A program made the position numbers and the translations under genes. 64,000 bases of DNA from an uncultured Ruminococcus sp. (lineage in GTDB: Bacteria > Bacillota > Clostridia > Oscillospirales > CAG-272): contig CACWOQ010000004.1 of the NCBI GenBank assembly GCA_902762505.1, positions 2,953 to 66,952 on the forward strand. Reading direction: 5' to 3'. The notes under the pieces are model-generated. The model was given only the letters and a program-made list of their open reading frames with translations. It did not search any database and was not told the DNA's origin. Positions 1 to 8,858 of this stretch are shown one piece after another (position 1 is the stretch's first letter; the number at the start of each line of letters is the position of its first letter).

Positions 1-1
1 A

Positions 2-1510
2 ACGGACGATACGCTGACGGAGCCGGTCACGGACACGGAAAGCGAAACGGAACCCGAAACGGAGCCAGAAACGGAGCCTCAGACGGAGACGGTCCCGGAA
101 TTCAACGTGGTGCCGGACGAAGACGCCGTGCTCGAGCTTCCGAGAGTCTTCGGCTCGCACATGGTGCTCCAGCGCGACGCGGAATTCCGTGTATTCGGCA
201 GATCAAACAGAGACGGCGCGGTGGTCCGCGGCACCTTCAAGGATCAGACGGCGTACGCCGTAGTCAGCGACGGCGCCTTCACGCTCGTATTCAAGCCGGA
301 GCCGGCGTGCGCCGAGCCCGACACGCTCACGGTCGAGGACGACCGGGGGAATTCCGTAACGTATGAGGACGTGCTCGTCGGCGACGTCTGGCTGATCGGC
401 GGTCAGTCAAACGCTCAGGTGGAGATTTCATACATAAGGGCGGGGCTTTCCTCCGTGCCGGAATTTGACGAAAACGATCCGGTCAGACTTCTTATGCAGT
501 CGGTGAACTACTACGTTGCTCACAAGGATGAGGCGACGGAGCCGCTGTTCGATTTCGGCGACCCCGCCTGCAAATGGAAACGGCAGGATCAGGCGGCGGC
601 GACGTCGTTTTCCGCGCTCGGTCTGTTCTTCGCACGCAGTCTCAGCGAAAAGCTCGGCGTCCCGGTCGGTGCGATATGCGTAGCCGCAAACGGCGCGCAG
701 ATACAGGAGCTTATGCCCGGCGAGCTTGCGGAGAGCTTCAAGCTCAGAACGTCGTACGGCGCCGGCGTCGCGCATATTTTCAACGGGATGATGAATCCTC
801 TCATAGGCCTTTCGTTCAAGGGGATGGTCTTCTTCCAGGGCGAAAGCGAGGCTCTTTCCGAGTCCGTCGCAAATAAATACTCGAAATACCTCCGCGCGTA
901 CATTGAAGATCTGCGAAAACGCACGGGAATCATGTTTCCCCTGTGCAACATCCAGCTTTCCTCGTACGGCGACCACGATTCAAAGACGTTCAAATTCATA
1001 CATAACGTGCGCAATCAGCAGTTCGACGCGTACCGGCTGATCCCCGACAGCATCCTCGTCACGTCGTACGATCTGCGCTCACCCGACAAATACGGCGATC
1101 AGATGCATTCTCCGAGAAAGCAGGAGCTTGGCGAACGCGTCTGCGACGCCGTGCTCGCCGCGTTTTACGGTGTGGGCGACACGGAGACGGCGCTCTGCCC
1201 CGAGCCTGTTTCAGCAAAGCTCTCGGATGACGGCTCGACGGTAACGGTAAAATTCAAGAACGTCGCCGGCGGTCTGACATCGACGGGCGAAGACGGCTCC
1301 GTAAACGGCTTCAGCATCGGCAGCAAGACAAAAAAAGTCAACGCGGAGGCGAAGATAGTCTCAGCCGACACGGTGACCGTAAAAATACCGGATGGCGTAA
1401 AAGCAACGTTTATAACCTACGGAAATTATCTCGTTATAAAAGACGGGCTCGTGAGTCTTTGCGGCGGCACGGGACTGCCGGCGCTTGCGTTCTGCATATC
1501 CGTCGAATAA
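2..1510 (+). CDS. Carbohydrate esterase, sialate O-acetylesterase-like (SASA/DUF303); 5' end lies outside the window
   Basis: The frame is open from nt 2. Nt 2-106 encode a Thr/Glu/Pro linker (TDDTLTEPVTDTESETEPETEPETEPQTETVPEF), so the GTG at 107 is probably internal. VWLIGGQSNAQ and VFFQGESE resemble the GQSN and QGES signatures of SASA-type esterases. Confidence 0.7.
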   Translation, partial: TDDTLTEPVTDTESETEPETEPETEPQTETVPEFNVVPDEDAVLELPRVFGSHMVLQRDAEFRVFGRSNRDGAVVRGTFKDQTAYAVVSDGAFTLVFKPEPACAEPDTLTVEDDRGNSVTYEDVLVGDVWLIGGQSNAQVEISYIRAGLSSVPEFDENDPVRLLMQSVNYYVAHKDEATEPLFDFGDPACKWKRQDQAAATSFSALGLFFARSLSEKLGVPVGAICVAANGAQIQELMPGELAESFKLRTSYGAGVAHIFNGMMNPLIGLSFKGMVFFQGESEALSESVANKYSKYLRAYIEDLRKRTGIMFPLCNIQLSSYGDHDSKTFKFIHNVRNQQFDAYRLIPDSILVTSYDLRSPDKYGDQMHSPRKQELGERVCDAVLAAFYGVGDTETALCPEPVSAKLSDDGSTVTVKFKNVAGGLTSTGEDGSVNGFSIGSKTKKVNAEAKIVSADTVTVKIPDGVKATFITYGNYLVIKDGLVSLCGGTGLPALAFCISVE

Positions 1511-1565
1511 ACAAGGGGCTATCGCATAGCATTAACAAACCGTGAACAGCCTGTTCAGTATCAAC

Positions 1566-1606
1566 AAAAAATCAGTCTCGTTTTTAATGTGCGAGACTGA
1601 TTTTTT
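1566..1606. terminator. Bidirectional intrinsic terminator between convergent genes
   Basis: 15-bp perfect stem AAAAAATCAGTCTCG / CGAGACTGATTTTTT with an 11-nt loop. A/T runs on both sides. Confidence 0.7.
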
Positions 1607-1652
1607 GTTACATTTGTATAGCAAAAATCATAACTTGCGCCAGCCCTTTTTA

Positions 1653-2576
1653 TTATTGTTTTTTCTTTTTCCGCAGCGTCCTGATGAGCTGTATGGCGCC
1701 GACGGTCAGAGCCGCCGCTGCCGCCGCGCAGCCTGTTATTATAAACACAAGGCTTCTCACCGGGGCGTTTTTTTTGCGTTCGCTGCCCGTCGTTTCATCC
1801 ACGGTCACGACGGTCGTTCCGGTTTCCGCGTCGGTCTTTGTCGTCCGGCTCTCCGTTTCCGTGTCGGTCACCGTATCAGTCGCGGTCTCGGTGTCCGTAA
1901 CGGTCGTCTCAGGCTCCCGCGTCTCCGTTTCGGTCACGGTCACGGGCTCCGTTTCCGTCTCCGTTTCCGTCTCCGTCCGGGTCGTCTCCGGTGCCGTTGT
2001 TTCCGTCTCCTCACGGGTCGTCTCGGTCACGGTTTCCGTCGGTATATCCGTGTCCGTCACGGTCTCCGTATCAGTCACGGTCTCCGTCTCCGTATCCGGC
2101 GGATCCGTATGCATCATTACGGTGAAAGTCGCGGTATAGGGCGACGCTGCCGCCTCTCTGTCGGCGATGCCGTCGGAAAGAGCCGTCTCGGATATGCCTA
2201 CCGTCGTCTGCTCTCCCTCACGCCCTTCAAGCACGGTGAACGAAAGCCGCATGAGCTCCGCTTTGCCGGAATAAAGCTCGTCGGTGCGGAACAGAAGCGT
2301 GACCGTGCCTTCCCCGGCGGAATAGTACACGGTAAGTCCGGCTTCCGTGCCGGGGACCGCCGAGGTAAGCGAAAGCACGTTTTTGTCGTACGTTATCCTC
2401 GCCCTGCCTCCGCGCATTTCCGTCATATGCGCCGTCACGGTCAGCGTGATCACGGTTTCCGTTATTTCAAGCGGTCCTTCTATCGCAAAGGATCCGTCGT
2501 CCAAAAGCTCGGCTTTTACCGGAAGGCACGCGCCGAGCATTACGAATACAAGCAATACGGCAAATAAACGCTTCAC
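1653..2576 (-). CDS. Membrane-anchored cohesin-like domain protein (signal peptide, cohesin-like beta-sandwich, T/E/P linker, C-terminal TM + KKKKQ)
   Basis: N-terminal signal peptide MKRLFAVLLVFVMLGACLPVKA. ITYDKNVLSL...TVTLLF...LMRLSFTVLEG resembles a cohesin. About 100 aa of TETETV repeats, then a hydrophobic helix and a basic tail. GTG start overlaps the upstream stop (GTGA), with GGAGG 7 nt upstream. Confidence 0.6.
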   Translation of the reverse strand: MKRLFAVLLVFVMLGACLPVKAELLDDGSFAIEGPLEITETVITLTVTAHMTEMRGGRARITYDKNVLSLTSAVPGTEAGLTVYYSAGEGTVTLLFRTDELYSGKAELMRLSFTVLEGREGEQTTVGISETALSDGIADREAAASPYTATFTVMMHTDPPDTETETVTDTETVTDTDIPTETVTETTREETETTAPETTRTETETETETEPVTVTETETREPETTVTDTETATDTVTDTETESRTTKTDAETGTTVVTVDETTGSERKKNAPVRSLVFIITGCAAAAAALTVGAIQLIRTLRKKKKQ

Positions 2577-4030
2577 GGCTCCGCCTCCGTTCCGGGCGTC
2601 TCCGGCTCCGTCACGGGTTCCGCCGTATCCGTCTCCTCGCCCGTATCATCCGGCGGGACAGGCACGGTCACCGCGTCGGCGATGATGATGAAATCCGTTA
2701 CGTTGACGGTGCCGTTCTGATCCACGTCCGCCGCGGCGTAAAATACCGGCTTTTCCGGCACGGCGGTTCCGAGCAGATAGCCGACGGCTATATCAAGATC
2801 GTCCCCGTCCATATCGCCGTCACCGTCGAGATCGCCTTTTACGCAGACGGTAACGGAATCGACCGTTCTGCCGTTAACGCTGATCATTGCGGTATGACCC
2901 GAGCCTACGCGGTCCTCCGGGAGGATATCCCCCTCGCCGTCCGATACGACGAGGAAATCGCCCGCTCCGAGGTCTGTGCGCAGATCGGCAAGCGACGTTC
3001 CGGGCTCCGCAATGAGATACTCCTCACCGTCGATCAGCGCGGTGCCCGGCAGAGACAGCGGATAACCGTCGAACACGTAATCGTATTCGCATACGGACGA
3101 ATACGCGACGTACGCCTCCGCTATGTCGTGGGTCTTCATGACCGTCTGCTCCGACACAAGCAGAAACGTCCTTTCCGCGGACGTATGTACGCCGTTTTCA
3201 TCCACCGGTCCGTCATGAAGTATGTCGAGATGATACGTTCTTCCGTCTACCTCGACGAGGTTCCATATATGCGGTATCCCGCCGACCTCGCCGGTTATGA
3301 GAATGTTTTTATATCCGAGTGCGTCAAGCAGAAGCGACGTGAAGCCGGCGTATTCCTCGCAGACGCCGACGCCCTCGTTCACGAGAGCGACGGAGCTGCA
3401 TCTGTGCCGGCAGCTCATATCGTATCTGAATCTGCCGTCGAGCATGAGCTCGTTCATTTTAAGGAATCTTTCGCCGTCCGACAGGGGAAGAAGCTCGGCC
3501 GCTATCCCGGCGATATACGTTTCCACCATCTGTCTGCGGTCCTCCGTCTTCTCTCCGCACGAGACGAATATCTTGACGGTGACGGAATCTGTGCTTCCGT
3601 CAGACGTCTGTACGACCCCGGAGATACGCGCGTTGTACGTGCGCGCAATGCAGCGCAGATATTTCGTCGACGCGGAGTTTTTAACGAAGCCGACTATCCG
3701 CTTGGCGAGCGCTTCAAGATCGTATACCGTAAGGTCCTCGACGTCCGTTATTACGAACGTGCGCATATAGACGTGACAAAGCTCGGCGACGCCTCCGACG
3801 GAGACTTCGCCGTAAAGATAATTGCACTCCAGAGGGTCGAGCAGCTCGTCCGTCGTCGCACCCGCGTAATATTCCTCCAGCTCCGACAGCGTTAACTCGC
3901 GCACGTAAACGGGCTCCTGTGCGGAAAGCTCGTTGTACGCGGGCGAATCGGCGCCGGATACGGGATACGGGAGCAGCAAAACGACGGCGGCAAGCACGGC
4001 GGCAAATATCCTTTTGCTCTTCATACGCAC
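2573..4030 (-). CDS. Secreted transglutaminase-like cysteine peptidase-fold protein with C-terminal dockerin
   Basis: Signal peptide present. Cys-His-Asp core context CEEYAGF...GIPHIWNLVEVDGRTYHLD. Two dockerin Ca-binding loops, DLDGDGDMDGDD and DVDQNGTVNVTD. Confidence 0.7.
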   Translation of the reverse strand: MRMKSKRIFAAVLAAVVLLLPYPVSGADSPAYNELSAQEPVYVRELTLSELEEYYAGATTDELLDPLECNYLYGEVSVGGVAELCHVYMRTFVITDVEDLTVYDLEALAKRIVGFVKNSASTKYLRCIARTYNARISGVVQTSDGSTDSVTVKIFVSCGEKTEDRRQMVETYIAGIAAELLPLSDGERFLKMNELMLDGRFRYDMSCRHRCSSVALVNEGVGVCEEYAGFTSLLLDALGYKNILITGEVGGIPHIWNLVEVDGRTYHLDILHDGPVDENGVHTSAERTFLLVSEQTVMKTHDIAEAYVAYSSVCEYDYVFDGYPLSLPGTALIDGEEYLIAEPGTSLADLRTDLGAGDFLVVSDGEGDILPEDRVGSGHTAMISVNGRTVDSVTVCVKGDLDGDGDMDGDDLDIAVGYLLGTAVPEKPVFYAAADVDQNGTVNVTDFIIIADAVTVPVPPDDTGEETDTAEPVTEPETPGTEAEP

Positions 4031-4272
4031 CTTTTTTTCGTTTTTCTACGACAATTATATAACGGCGCACACCGATAGTCAACACGCCGCTTTTGCACAA
4101 TATGTAAACAAAAATCACTTTTTTAAGCCGCGTTCACGCGGCGCTTCAATATATACAGACGCTTTTTCAGCCGTCTTTGTTTCACGTTTCGACCATTGTT
4201 TACAAAAAATTTAAATATTAAAAATTATAAAGAATTCTTACGTCGTCTTAATAAATCTTAATATTTTCTCTA

Positions 4273-4301
4273 TTGCTTTGCCCGCTGTTATGGTGTAAAA
4301 T
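4273..4301 (+). promoter_or_regulatory. Candidate sigma-A promoter of the V-ATPase operon
   Basis: TTGCTT, 17 nt, TAAAAT, located about 40 nt upstream of the first operon gene. Confidence 0.4.
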
Positions 4302-4339
4302 GAAAAAATCAAGTTTAAATAAAGAAAGGAGCGTTGAAG

Positions 4340-4648
4340 ATGGCGATCATTGACGAGATCAAAGCCGCCGAAAAGAAGGCTCAGCAGATAAAAGACGACG
4401 CACGCGCCGCCGCAAGAGCCGACGCGGAGATGATAGAGGCGGAAGCCAAAAAGAAAGCCGCCGCAATGAAAGACGCGGCTCAGCGCAAAGCGGAGGAAAA
4501 CGCCGCGGAAGCGAGACGCAAAGCCGACGCCCTCACCGCGGAAGCGATGAAGAGATCGGAGGCTGAATGCCGCGCCGTAAAAGAAGCGGGCGAAAAGAAG
4601 CTTGACGAGGCTGCCGAGCTGATCTTCAAGGGAGCGATCGACGTATGA
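4340..4648 (+). CDS. V/A-type ATPase peripheral-stalk subunit (G/H-like small coiled-coil protein)
   Basis: Ala/Lys/Glu-rich coiled-coil protein of about 100 aa. Its stop overlaps the subunit I start (ATGA). AAGGAG lies 8 nt before the ATG at 4340; the listed TTG at 4334 is too close to the RBS. Confidence 0.65.
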   Translation: MAIIDEIKAAEKKAQQIKDDARAAARADAEMIEAEAKKKAAAMKDAAQRKAEENAAEARRKADALTAEAMKRSEAECRAVKEAGEKKLDEAAELIFKGAIDV

Positions 4649-6531
4649 TAGTCGCAATGAAACGCGCGACGGTCGCGTTTTTATCCGACAGGCTCGAGAG
4701 CGTTACGGAGCAGCTGCAGAAATGCGGGCAGTTCATGCCGATAAAATCCGAAGACGGAAAGACCGTTCGCACGGTCACCTCGCCGATACTCAGCGAGGAG
4801 GCGGACACGGCTCTCAAAGCGTATTCCGGTTACAGAAAAAAGCCCGGTATGCTCGATCCTCCGCAGTTTTACACGGAGGAACAGTTCTCAGCCGACGACG
4901 GCGACGAAAAAACGCGCGTGATCAAGGCGGTGGAGCTTTACGAGAAGCTCAACTCCGTTCGCGCTCAGCTGAAGCAGTGCGACGAGGAGGAAGCGGCGCT
5001 TTCGCCGTACGCCGGACTTGAGATCGACGCGGCGGAGCTTCAGGGCACGAAATACACGTCGCTCGTCATAGGTAAGATGCCGTATCCGGCAAAGCCGAAA
5101 ACGCTGCCTCCGCTTGACGCCATATGCGAAAAGTACGGCGTTGAATACGAGACGTTTTACGAAGAAGCCGGTCAGAAATACTTCACGGTGAGCGTCTTTC
5201 GCGACGACGCGGAGCAGTTTCTGAAGGAGCTTAACGAACACGGCTTCGAGCCGCTTTCGCCGCCGTTCAGAACGGGCACCTGCCGTCAGGCGCTCGAAAA
5301 AAACAGGCAGAAAAAAGAACAGCTTTCATTTCTCGAGTCGTCGCTTCAGGCGGAGCTCAGCGAGGAATCCGCGAACGCCGGCGCCGTAGAGCTGTTCTAC
5401 GACAAGGAAAAGGCTCGCGCCGACAGATCGGAGATCCCCGCCGAGGTAACGGATTGCACCACGGTGCTGACAGGCTGGGTCAGATCCGACAAAATGGAGG
5501 AGGTCGAGGCGGCGGTCGCCGCGGCGACGGACGTCTATTCCATACAGTTCGAGGACCCGCGCGAAGGCGACGAGGTGCCTTCGGTGACGAAGGATCCGTA
5601 TCTGATCGACCAGTATTCGACGATCACGAACTCCTATTCCCCTCCCGGCAAAAACGACATAGACCCGAACCCGTTCATGGCGCCGTGGTATTTCATGATA
5701 TTCGGGATGATCATCGGCGACGTCGGGTACGGCGTACTGATAGGGCTCGTCCTGCTTGTTATAAAGCTTGTGAAAAAGCCCACGGGCGACTTTGCCAAGC
5801 TGCTTAACGTCATGATGTATTCGAGCATCCCGGCGGTGTTCTGGGGCGTGATGTACGGCTCGTATTTCGGCGAGACCTGGCATCCCGTGCTCTTCTCACC
5901 GCTTGACAATATCTTAGGCGCGATGATCCTCGTGCTGATCGTCGGAGTGCTCCACATGTTCACCGGCATCACGATAAAAGCCGTGATGAACATCAAAGCG
6001 GGACGGTGGCTCGACGCTCTGACCGACCAGATAGCGTGGATGGCGCTGATAACCGGCTGCGGTCTGCTCGCTCTTTCTCAGACGAGAAAAGCCGGGATCA
6101 TAACCGTTATCGTCTCCGTCGCCGTGATAGTAATTCTCGGCGGTCACGCAAAGCCGACTCTGTTCGGCAAGATAACCGGCGGCGTATCCTCGCTCACCGG
6201 TATAACGAACTACCTGTCCGACATCCTCTCTTATCTGAGGATCTTCGCTCTCGCTCTCGCCTCCGGTCTGATCGGCATGGTAATGAACGTCGTGGCGAAC
6301 ATGGTCGCCTCCGGGATACCCGTTCCGGTTCTGAACCGCGTAGCGACCGTGCCGATATATCTTATCGGTCACGGACTGAACACGGCGCTTTCGATACTCG
6401 GCGCGTACGTGCACACGGGCAGACTGCAGTTCATCGAATTCTTCAGCAAATTCTACGAGGGCAACGGCGTTTACTTCCGTCCTCTCGAAAGAAAAAACAA
6501 ATATACGCAGATAGTGCAAAACAAAAAGTGA
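4645..6531 (+). CDS. ntpI: V/A-type ATPase subunit I (membrane a-subunit)
   Basis: 628 aa. Soluble N-terminal half followed by a multi-TM C-terminal half (LSYLRIFALALASG..., GAYVHTGRLQFIEFFSKFYEG). Operon position between the stalk subunit and the proteolipid. Confidence 0.9.
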   Translation: MIVAMKRATVAFLSDRLESVTEQLQKCGQFMPIKSEDGKTVRTVTSPILSEEADTALKAYSGYRKKPGMLDPPQFYTEEQFSADDGDEKTRVIKAVELYEKLNSVRAQLKQCDEEEAALSPYAGLEIDAAELQGTKYTSLVIGKMPYPAKPKTLPPLDAICEKYGVEYETFYEEAGQKYFTVSVFRDDAEQFLKELNEHGFEPLSPPFRTGTCRQALEKNRQKKEQLSFLESSLQAELSEESANAGAVELFYDKEKARADRSEIPAEVTDCTTVLTGWVRSDKMEEVEAAVAAATDVYSIQFEDPREGDEVPSVTKDPYLIDQYSTITNSYSPPGKNDIDPNPFMAPWYFMIFGMIIGDVGYGVLIGLVLLVIKLVKKPTGDFAKLLNVMMYSSIPAVFWGVMYGSYFGETWHPVLFSPLDNILGAMILVLIVGVLHMFTGITIKAVMNIKAGRWLDALTDQIAWMALITGCGLLALSQTRKAGIITVIVSVAVIVILGGHAKPTLFGKITGGVSSLTGITNYLSDILSYLRIFALALASGLIGMVMNVVANMVASGIPVPVLNRVATVPIYLIGHGLNTALSILGAYVHTGRLQFIEFFSKFYEGNGVYFRPLERKNKYTQIVQNKK

Positions 6532-6551
6532 TCTGAAAGGAAATTACGAAA

Positions 6552-7037
6552 ATGGGAACTATTTATGCAATCATAGGCGCCGCTCTCGCGGCAACTCTCG
6601 CCGGTATCGGTTCTTCGTACGGCGTTCAGGCGGCGGGTAAAGCCGCGGCGGGCGTTACGAGCGAAAAGCCCGAGCTGTTCAGCAAGCTGTTCGTCCTTCA
6701 GGCTCTTCCCGCAACGCAGGGCATGTACGGTCTTGTGGCGGCGATAGTCATCGTCATGAGAGCAGGTCTGTTCGACGGCACCATCACGACCGTTTCCAAG
6801 GAATCCGGTCTCGCGCTCATGTTCGCCGCCATTCCGATAGCAGTCGTCGGTCTTATCTCCGGCATATATCAGGGCAGAACGGCAGCCGCCGCGATACTCA
6901 TGACCTCCAAACAGCCCGACGCACAGACGAAGGGCATGCAGATGACCGCGCTCGTCGAGCTTTACGCCATATTCGCGCTCGTCGCAACGCTGCTCATCGC
7001 CTTCATGCTCCCGATCACGCAGGCTGCCGCCGTTTAA
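6552..7037 (+). CDS. ntpK: V/A-type ATPase proteolipid subunit K (c-ring)
   Basis: 161-aa, Gly/Ala-rich, four-helix hydrophobic protein in the expected operon position. Confidence 0.9.
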   Translation: MGTIYAIIGAALAATLAGIGSSYGVQAAGKAAAGVTSEKPELFSKLFVLQALPATQGMYGLVAAIVIVMRAGLFDGTITTVSKESGLALMFAAIPIAVVGLISGIYQGRTAAAAILMTSKQPDAQTKGMQMTALVELYAIFALVATLLIAFMLPITQAAAV

Positions 7038-7052
7038 AGAAAAGGTGACGGT

Positions 7053-7613
7053 ATGTCCTCACAGGCACTTATAGATAAGATCCTCGTACAGGCTGACGCC
7101 GAAGCCGAGCAGATCACGGATGAAATACTTCGCCGCGCGGGCGAAAACGAAAAGCTCACGCTTGAACGCGCCGCGGCGGAATGCAAAACGACAGAGTCCG
7201 ATTCGGAGCGTGAATGCGCTCAGATACTCCGCATCGCGGAGCTGAACAGCGGACTTCAGAGCAGAAAAGCGCTCCTGCACGCAAGACGCGAGCTGCTTGA
7301 CGAAGCCTTCGGGCGGGCGTACAGGAAGGTCCTGTCGCTGAAAGGCGCCGAGCGCGTCTCGTTCTTATGCGATCTCATAAAAAAGCACGCCCCGGCAAAG
7401 ACCTTCACCGCCTGCGTTTCTCCCGATGACGCCGCGGCTCTCGCCGAAGCCGTTCCCGGGCTTGACGTCAGGGCGAGCGAAGATATCAAATGCGGTGTAT
7501 ACATGATCTCCGACGACGCCGACGTCGACTGCACGGTCGACGCGATATTTGAAGAGCTCCGTGAAAAATACGAGGCTCAGGCTGACGCGATCATGTATTC
7601 CGGCGGAGTCTGA
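7053..7613 (+). CDS. ntpE: V/A-type ATPase subunit E
   Basis: 186 aa with a charged coiled-coil N-terminus and a globular C-terminus. Position after K. Confidence 0.8.
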   Translation: MSSQALIDKILVQADAEAEQITDEILRRAGENEKLTLERAAAECKTTESDSERECAQILRIAELNSGLQSRKALLHARRELLDEAFGRAYRKVLSLKGAERVSFLCDLIKKHAPAKTFTACVSPDDAAALAEAVPGLDVRASEDIKCGVYMISDDADVDCTVDAIFEELREKYEAQADAIMYSGGV

Positions 7614-7614
7614 T

Positions 7615-8520
7615 ATGTTCGATTATTCATACAACGTCGCGTACGCGGCGGCGAAGGAGCCGTCGATCCTGTCGCGCGAGGCGCTGTCCCGGATGGCGGC
7701 GGACGGATCGGACGCGGTGCGTCAGCTGATACAGTACGGTTACGGCGGCGAAGGCGCGACGGTGTCCGAGCTTACGGACCGCGAGCTTTCGGCTCTGCGC
7801 GCGTTCATCATGACCGCGCTGCCGGAGCAGCTTTACAGACTGCTCATCCTGCCGTATGATGCTCACAATCTGAAGGTGCTTCTGAAATGCGCCGTCAGCG
7901 GAGCTGACGCGTCTCCGTATCTGTACGACAACACGGTGTACGACACGGAAATACTTTCGGCGTGCTGCCGCGGCGGCGAGTTCTCGCTCGTCTCCGAGGA
8001 GGCTGCGAAGGAGCTCAATCCCGCGTACGATTCCGGGGTGCTTTCCGCACCGTTCGGCATAAGTACCACGGTCGACCGTGTTATCCGGGCGGAGATCACG
8101 CGCTCTGCAAAGGACGCGCCGGAGCCGGTCTTTAAATTCATCACGGCTGAAACGGACGGCAAGAACCTCATTTCATACTACAGGAGCAGAAACACGGGAC
8201 TTTCACGCGAAACGCTTTCGCAGGTCCTGCTCGCCGGCGGAGAGCTGCCGGAGCAGGCGTACCTTTCCGCTTTTGACGAAAACGCCGCGGATCTGCGCGC
8301 GTATACGTTCGGGCTTTCTCTGCATGACGCGTTCTGCGACGCCGCGGAGGCGTGCCGCACGTCGATCTCATCGGCGGCGGACGTACTCGATTCGTACGCT
8401 CTGTCCAAGCTCGAGCCGTACAGATACGAAACGAACAGCCCCGTTCCGCTTTTCCTCTATTTCAAGAAGAAAACGGCGGAGGCCAGGCACGTGAGAGAAA
8501 CGCTCGGAGGGTCCAGATGA
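7615..8520 (+). CDS. ntpC: V/A-type ATPase subunit C (d-like)
   Basis: In-frame ATG at 7615 (MFDYSYNVAY...) lies 1 nt after the subunit E stop. The listed 7549 start would overlap E by 65 nt. Size and position fit subunit C. Confidence 0.8.
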   Translation: MFDYSYNVAYAAAKEPSILSREALSRMAADGSDAVRQLIQYGYGGEGATVSELTDRELSALRAFIMTALPEQLYRLLILPYDAHNLKVLLKCAVSGADASPYLYDNTVYDTEILSACCRGGEFSLVSEEAAKELNPAYDSGVLSAPFGISTTVDRVIRAEITRSAKDAPEPVFKFITAETDGKNLISYYRSRNTGLSRETLSQVLLAGGELPEQAYLSAFDENAADLRAYTFGLSLHDAFCDAAEACRTSISSAADVLDSYALSKLEPYRYETNSPVPLFLYFKKKTAEARHVRETLGGSR

Positions 8521-8837
8521 ACGAGAAAAAACTTAAAGCCGCCGTTATAGGCGACAGAGCCGTCACGGCGCTTTACGGCGCGGCGGGAGTATCCGTTTTC
8601 GACGTCACGGACTCGGGCGCCGTACCGAAGCTGATATCGAAGCTTTACGGCGAAGGCTACGGTATTATTTTCACCGCCGAGAAGCTTTACAAAAGCTGTG
8701 AAGGCGCGCTGAAAAAGTATCTGACCGACCCTTATCCGATAGTCATACCGGTCCCCGACGAGACGTCGGACGGATCATATTCAAAGGAACGCATAGCCGC
8801 AAACATAAAAAAAGCCATCGGCAGCGACCTTATATAA
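8517..8837 (+). CDS. V/A-type ATPase subunit F
   Basis: ATG at 8517 overlaps the subunit C stop (ATGA). The 106-aa product MNEKKLKAAVIGDRAV...YPIVIPVPD is typical of subunit F. Confidence 0.8.
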   Translation: MNEKKLKAAVIGDRAVTALYGAAGVSVFDVTDSGAVPKLISKLYGEGYGIIFTAEKLYKSCEGALKKYLTDPYPIVIPVPDETSDGSYSKERIAANIKKAIGSDLI

Positions 8838-8858
8838 TAAATACGAAAGGCTTGTACA

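Noticed and set aside
1542-2567. Long plus-strand ORFs (1542..2567, 1684..2139, 2347..2685) rich in R/G/F or V/S/T.
   Set aside because: They are antisense to the cohesin-like gene and its TETETV linker. The low-complexity, Arg/Val/Ser-rich composition is typical of the reverse frame of a GC-rich repeat. They have no RBS.
7549-8516. Longer listed starts for ATPase subunits C (7549) and F (8352).
   Set aside because: Both extensions overlap the preceding, well-supported subunit genes by 65-170 nt. In-frame ATGs at 7615 and 8517 give the canonical N-termini and the usual stop/start coupling.
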